Assembly: GCF_006345805.1 (NCBI RefSeq) | Contig: NC_042999.1 | Location: 5,828,001 to 5,892,000 of the forward strand | Direction of reading: 5' to 3' | DNA: 64,000 bases | Origin: Octopus sinensis | Taxonomy: Eukaryota | Shown: one piece after another, positions 60,137 through 64,000 of the stretch | How the letters are laid out: each line of letters starts with the position of its first letter | How positions within the stretch are numbered: position 1 is the first letter of the stretch | Made by a program: the position numbers and the translations under genes | The notes under the pieces: model-generated | What the model was told of the DNA's origin: nothing | The model's database searches: none | The model's input: only the letters and a program-made list of their open reading frames with translations

Positions 60137-60344
60137 TTAAATAATAAACCGCAATAAGTGAACTGAGATATGGCGAGAGATTACTGCCCTTTTTTTGTTT
60201 TGTTTTTTTGTATTTTTGAGGTTGAAAATATTCCTTCTGCAAAGAATGTGCACACTTGTTAGGAAATCCAGTGTTGCTTGGCAAATATAGCCCATGGTTT
60301 GGTTTTCCTCTTTGTAGACGAGTATCCTAATAAATCTGTATAAA

Positions 60345-60600
60345 ATAAATAAATGCACCCTTTTAAAGCCTAGCCAGGCTCATGGGCCCGGCTTCCCGGT
60401 TTCAATGGTGTATGTGTTCCCCACCTGGACGGGACGCCAGTCCATCGCAGCATTACTCATTTTTGCCAGCTGAGTGGACTGGAGCAACATGAAATGAAGT
60501 GTTTTGCTCAAGAACACAACGCGTCGCCCGGTCCAGGAATCGAAACCACAATCTTACGATCATGGTGCTGACACCCTAACCACTAAACCACGCTCCTCCA
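60345..60600 (-). mobile_element. Family C SINE
   Basis: Reverse-complement A/B boxes and core; related copy at 58700-58880. Confidence 0.8.
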
Positions 60601-60829
60601 CAAATAAATCTGTATAGTGACTTTGAAATACAGTATATTATTGGAACCACTTATATGGTTATTGTTTACTTAAAAATTTTGTTTGGATATTAAATTATAA
60701 AAAGAAACAACAGCGAGGCATTCCAGCCATGACAGTCCAGTCAAGATATTTTTAATATCGTTTTATGTCTGTTTACCATGGGTTGGACAGTAGTTTCTGA
60801 TGATGGAGGGGAAAATGAGAGCATTGAAT

Positions 60830-62030
60830 AGGCACAGTGGTTAATTTAATAAATGGGTGGTGAATGGGTGTCGAAGGACAATGGTTGGTGGGGTGTTGTG
60901 CACTGTGCCCCTTTTTTAAGTATTTCACCAAACTCGCCAGGGAGGTTGGTGCTTCTGCAGAATCCCCCTATATCGTCACTCAACATGGTTCTTCTGTTGT
61001 TTTTGTCAGAGCTAACACCTTGAGGTCACCTGAAGTTTTCTTTGGTCTTCCTCTTCCACAAATGCCATTCACCTCAGACTATTTGGTATTTTCTCACCCT
61101 GCTGTCCTCCACTATTCGCATCACCTCTTCATATCATCCTCTCCTCTCTCACAGATTTTGTTTGGTCCCCAATCAAACTTAGTTTGTCTCTCAGTTCATT
61201 TGTGCTCTGGCATTCATACACATTAATATTGATGCATCTAGCAAAACCTGCAGGCTTCATCTCTCTCTCTATATATATATAAATGGCAAAATGTCTGCAT
61301 GTGTGTCCTTTATACAAATCTACAATCTTTCAGTTAGAGGGCTCGCACTTTCTATGGTCATTCAAAACCGTCCAAGGGTGGTCGTGCACATCTTTACATT
61401 TCCCCAGTTACCCCTCAAAGCCATTAAAAAATCAATAGAAGTGACTATTTTGTGAATTTTCTATCCAAATCCCAATCAAAATGCCTGAAACTTGATACGC
61501 CAATTGAATGCCAGCTAGCTGTATGTGATTGGTCGGAGATTTGGACAGAACTCGCGTGTATGTGCGCACGCATGCAGCTGTATATGCAGGCACTAGCACT
61601 ATGACCCGGAGTTGCCTGGTCATAGTGCTAGTTTGTTTCTAATCCTTGCAGGTCTTCTTTATTTTAAGGCCAGGTTTGGCTGCCTTGAAGTAGCACACTT
61701 CATACACAGGCATCATATAATCTGCCCTTAACACTGAGAGAAACCCTTTGTTGCCAGCAGTGGTAGTAGCTCTCTGAACTTTCTTCAACCAGGCTACCAT
61801 ACTTTCAGAACAGTTGCCTCCTCTGCTCATTTGGTTGTCCAAGTAACAAAAGCTATCAATGATTCCTTGGAAGCCATCCAAACATTCTAGAGAATCTGTT
61901 TGCCAATTTCTCTTCATGCTTACTGCTCCAGGGGACTTGTTGCATATGAAATCCATCTTCTCTGTTAATCTGAATGCTCTTCCACTATATCTTCTGTTTG
62001 TCCACTCAAATGTTTCAAAGCTAATCTCTC
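60830..62030 (-). pseudogene. Decayed RTE LINE 3' region interrupted by Helitron F
   Basis: IDSFCYLDNQMSRGGNCSES.., RLETNEA|..RCININVYECQSTNELRDKL, GRGRPKKT. Confidence 0.8.
61260..61631 (+). mobile_element. Non-autonomous Helitron family F
   Basis: A|TC..CTAG|T; removing it restores the RTE codons RLETNEA exactly, so there is no TSD. Confidence 0.9.
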
Positions 62031-62084
62031 TGTCAGTTCAATATTGTTCCAATGTTCGGCAAGGCATCATCTAAAATACTAAAT

Positions 62085-62626
62085 CAAATTCGATGACTGG
62101 CATCCATGCTAGTGGGGTGCAAAGAGCACCATATGAGCGTGATAGTTTGACAGAGCGGCTAACCGGCTTCCATGCCAGTGGAACTTAAAAGGGCACCATT
62201 CGAGTGTGATCGTTACCAGCGTCGCCTTACCGGCACTTGTGCTCATACTAGTAGGGTGCCAAGAACACCATCTGAGCGTGATTGTTGCCAGAGCAGCCAA
62301 GTGGCTTCCGTGCCGGTGGCATGTAAAAGGTCACCATTTGAGCGTGATTGTTACCAGCATCGCCTTACTGGCACCTGTGCCGGTGGCATGTGTAAAAAGA
62401 TTCGAGCAAGATCATTGCCAGTACCGCCTGACTGGCCCTCGTGCCGGTGGCATGTAAAAAGCACCCACTACACTTTTGGAGTGGTTGGCGTTAGGAAGGG
62501 CATCAAGCAGTAGAAACTCTGCCAGATCAAGATTGGAGCCTGACGCAGCCATCTAGTTCGCGAGCTGTCAGTCAAAATCGTCCAACCCATGCTAGCATCG
62601 AAAGCGGACGTTAAGTGATGATGATG
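62085..62626 (+). mobile_element. Family E repeat (long VNTR form)
   Basis: Units, core and tail. Confidence 0.85.
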
Positions 62627-62709
62627 AATGACAAGGAAGTGCTGGGATGGAACAGAAACCGATCCGTTTCATCTCACAGACACATTCGGCCCTGCACCAA
62701 ATCTCATCA

Positions 62710-63097
62710 TACTCTCTTTACTCTTTTACTTGTTTCAGTCATTTGACTGCGGCCATGCTGGAGCACTGCCTTTAGTCAAGCAAATTGACCCTGGGACTTA
62801 TTCTTTGTAAGCCCAGTACTTATTCTATCGGTCTCTTTTTGCCGAACTGCCAAGTGACGGGGACGTAAACATACCAGCATCGGTTGTCAAGCAATGCTAG
62901 TGGGACAAACACACATATATATACATATATATGACAGGCTTCTTTCAGTTTCCGTCTACCAAATCCACTCACAAGGCTTTGGTTGACCCAAGGCTATAGT
63001 AGAAAACACTTGCCCAAGATGCCACGCAGTGGGACTGAACCCCGGAACCATGTGGTTGGTTAGCAAGCTACTTACCACACAGCTGCTCCTGCGCCTA
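62710..63097 (-). mobile_element. Family A SINE (full length)
   Basis: Reverse complement of the consensus. Confidence 0.9.
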
Positions 63098-63344
63098 TGT
63101 TGAGAGTTCTTGATGTTTCGATGCATCGATCACTTCATCCAAATGGTTCGATTGTTTTATGACCAAGGAGGTCAAGTGTTGCACTGAGGCCAACTGTGGT
63201 GTGGGACCATATTTTCATTGTCCATCACTGCTGTACTGATTGAAACAATTAACCATATTCATCGTCATCATTTGACAACTGTCTTCATTACAGGCATTGG
63301 TTGTACTTTAAATCCAAAATTCCTATTCATCCTCCTCGACGACC

Positions 63345-63775
63345 GCTTGGTTCAAAGTCTCCCTTGACCACAAGTGGCCTGAACTCTTTACATGAACACC
63401 ACCCTGTACATAACTCCATGTACCCCTACATGACCTTGCTTTTTGCTTTTTTGAGCCAAAATTAACTAACTAACTAACTAACATCCGCCTTCCATGCTAG
63501 CATGGGTTGGATGATTTGACTGAGGACTGGCGAACCAGATGGGTGCGTCAGGCTCCAATCTTGATCTGGCAGAGTTTCTACAGCTGGATGCCCTTTCTAA
63601 CGCCAACCACTCCGAGAGTGTAGTGGGTGCTTTTGAAGTGCCACTGGCAAGAGGGCCGGTCTGGCGGTACTTGCAATGGCCACGCTCGAAATTGGTGCTT
63701 TTTACGTGCCACCTGCACAGGAGTCAGTCCAGCAGTGCTGGCAACGACATCGCTCGAATGTCTTGTTCACATGCC
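63345..63775. mobile_element. Family J CR1 tail (+, 63345-63482) abutting family E (-, 63482-63775)
   Basis: (TAAC)n tail directly adjacent to the truncated E tail. Confidence 0.8.
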
Positions 63776-63829
63776 GGTGAGGCGAGTGGAGAACCTTTTA
63801 ACTATAACGGCTTAAATTGAAAGAATTCT

Positions 63830-64000
63830 ACATCCTTGATTGTGATCTGTGAGTTGCAGTATGCCAAAGACAACGCTGTCCAATTCCACTGAATTCAATT
63901 TCCATACCATGTCCTATACATTCTGAAAGGTCTTCATTGTTCTTAGGATTGGATTCACATCAAAAGACTAATGGCGTAATCGGTTGTCATCCTGGAAACA
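63830..64000 (+). pseudogene. Decayed RTE-BovB-like RT fragment
   Basis: IVICELQYAKDNA (compare RELQYADD). Confidence 0.5.

Overview
Eukaryotic, AT-rich, repeat-saturated genomic DNA. The repeat repertoire resembles an octopus (coleoid cephalopod) intron or intergenic region; this taxon call is inference. No complete intact protein-coding gene, rRNA, tRNA or CRISPR array was found, and most ORFs in the track come from microsatellites, SINE tails or decayed transposons. Family letters A-J are my own labels. Content: (1) four tRNA-headed SINE families (A-D); (2) about 20 copies of a repeat (E) that is contiguous with RTE LINE ORF ends and looks like a VNTR-bearing RTE 3' UTR; (3) fragments of RTE, RTE-BovB, RTE-X, CR1, R4-like, Ty3/Gypsy and Penelope-like (GIY-YIG) retroelements; (4) mariner/Tc1 and FLYWCH (MULE) transposase relics, a deleted Helitron, four non-autonomous Helitrons, and MITEs or foldbacks with readable TIRs and TSDs. 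The most notable signal is a set of hammerhead-ribozyme motifs in several unrelated repeat families. Two have fully canonical cores (30879-30936 and 36490-36580, both minus strand), and two families carry variant cores. Host-gene traces are limited to splice-signal-supported candidate exons. These include a CpG-rich, possibly bidirectional promoter around a 430-bp GA tract at about 47.2-49.0 kb and a clean 168-bp minus-strand exon at 39750-39917. Coordinates were counted by hand. Boundaries of decayed repeats are approximate (about 10-30 bp).
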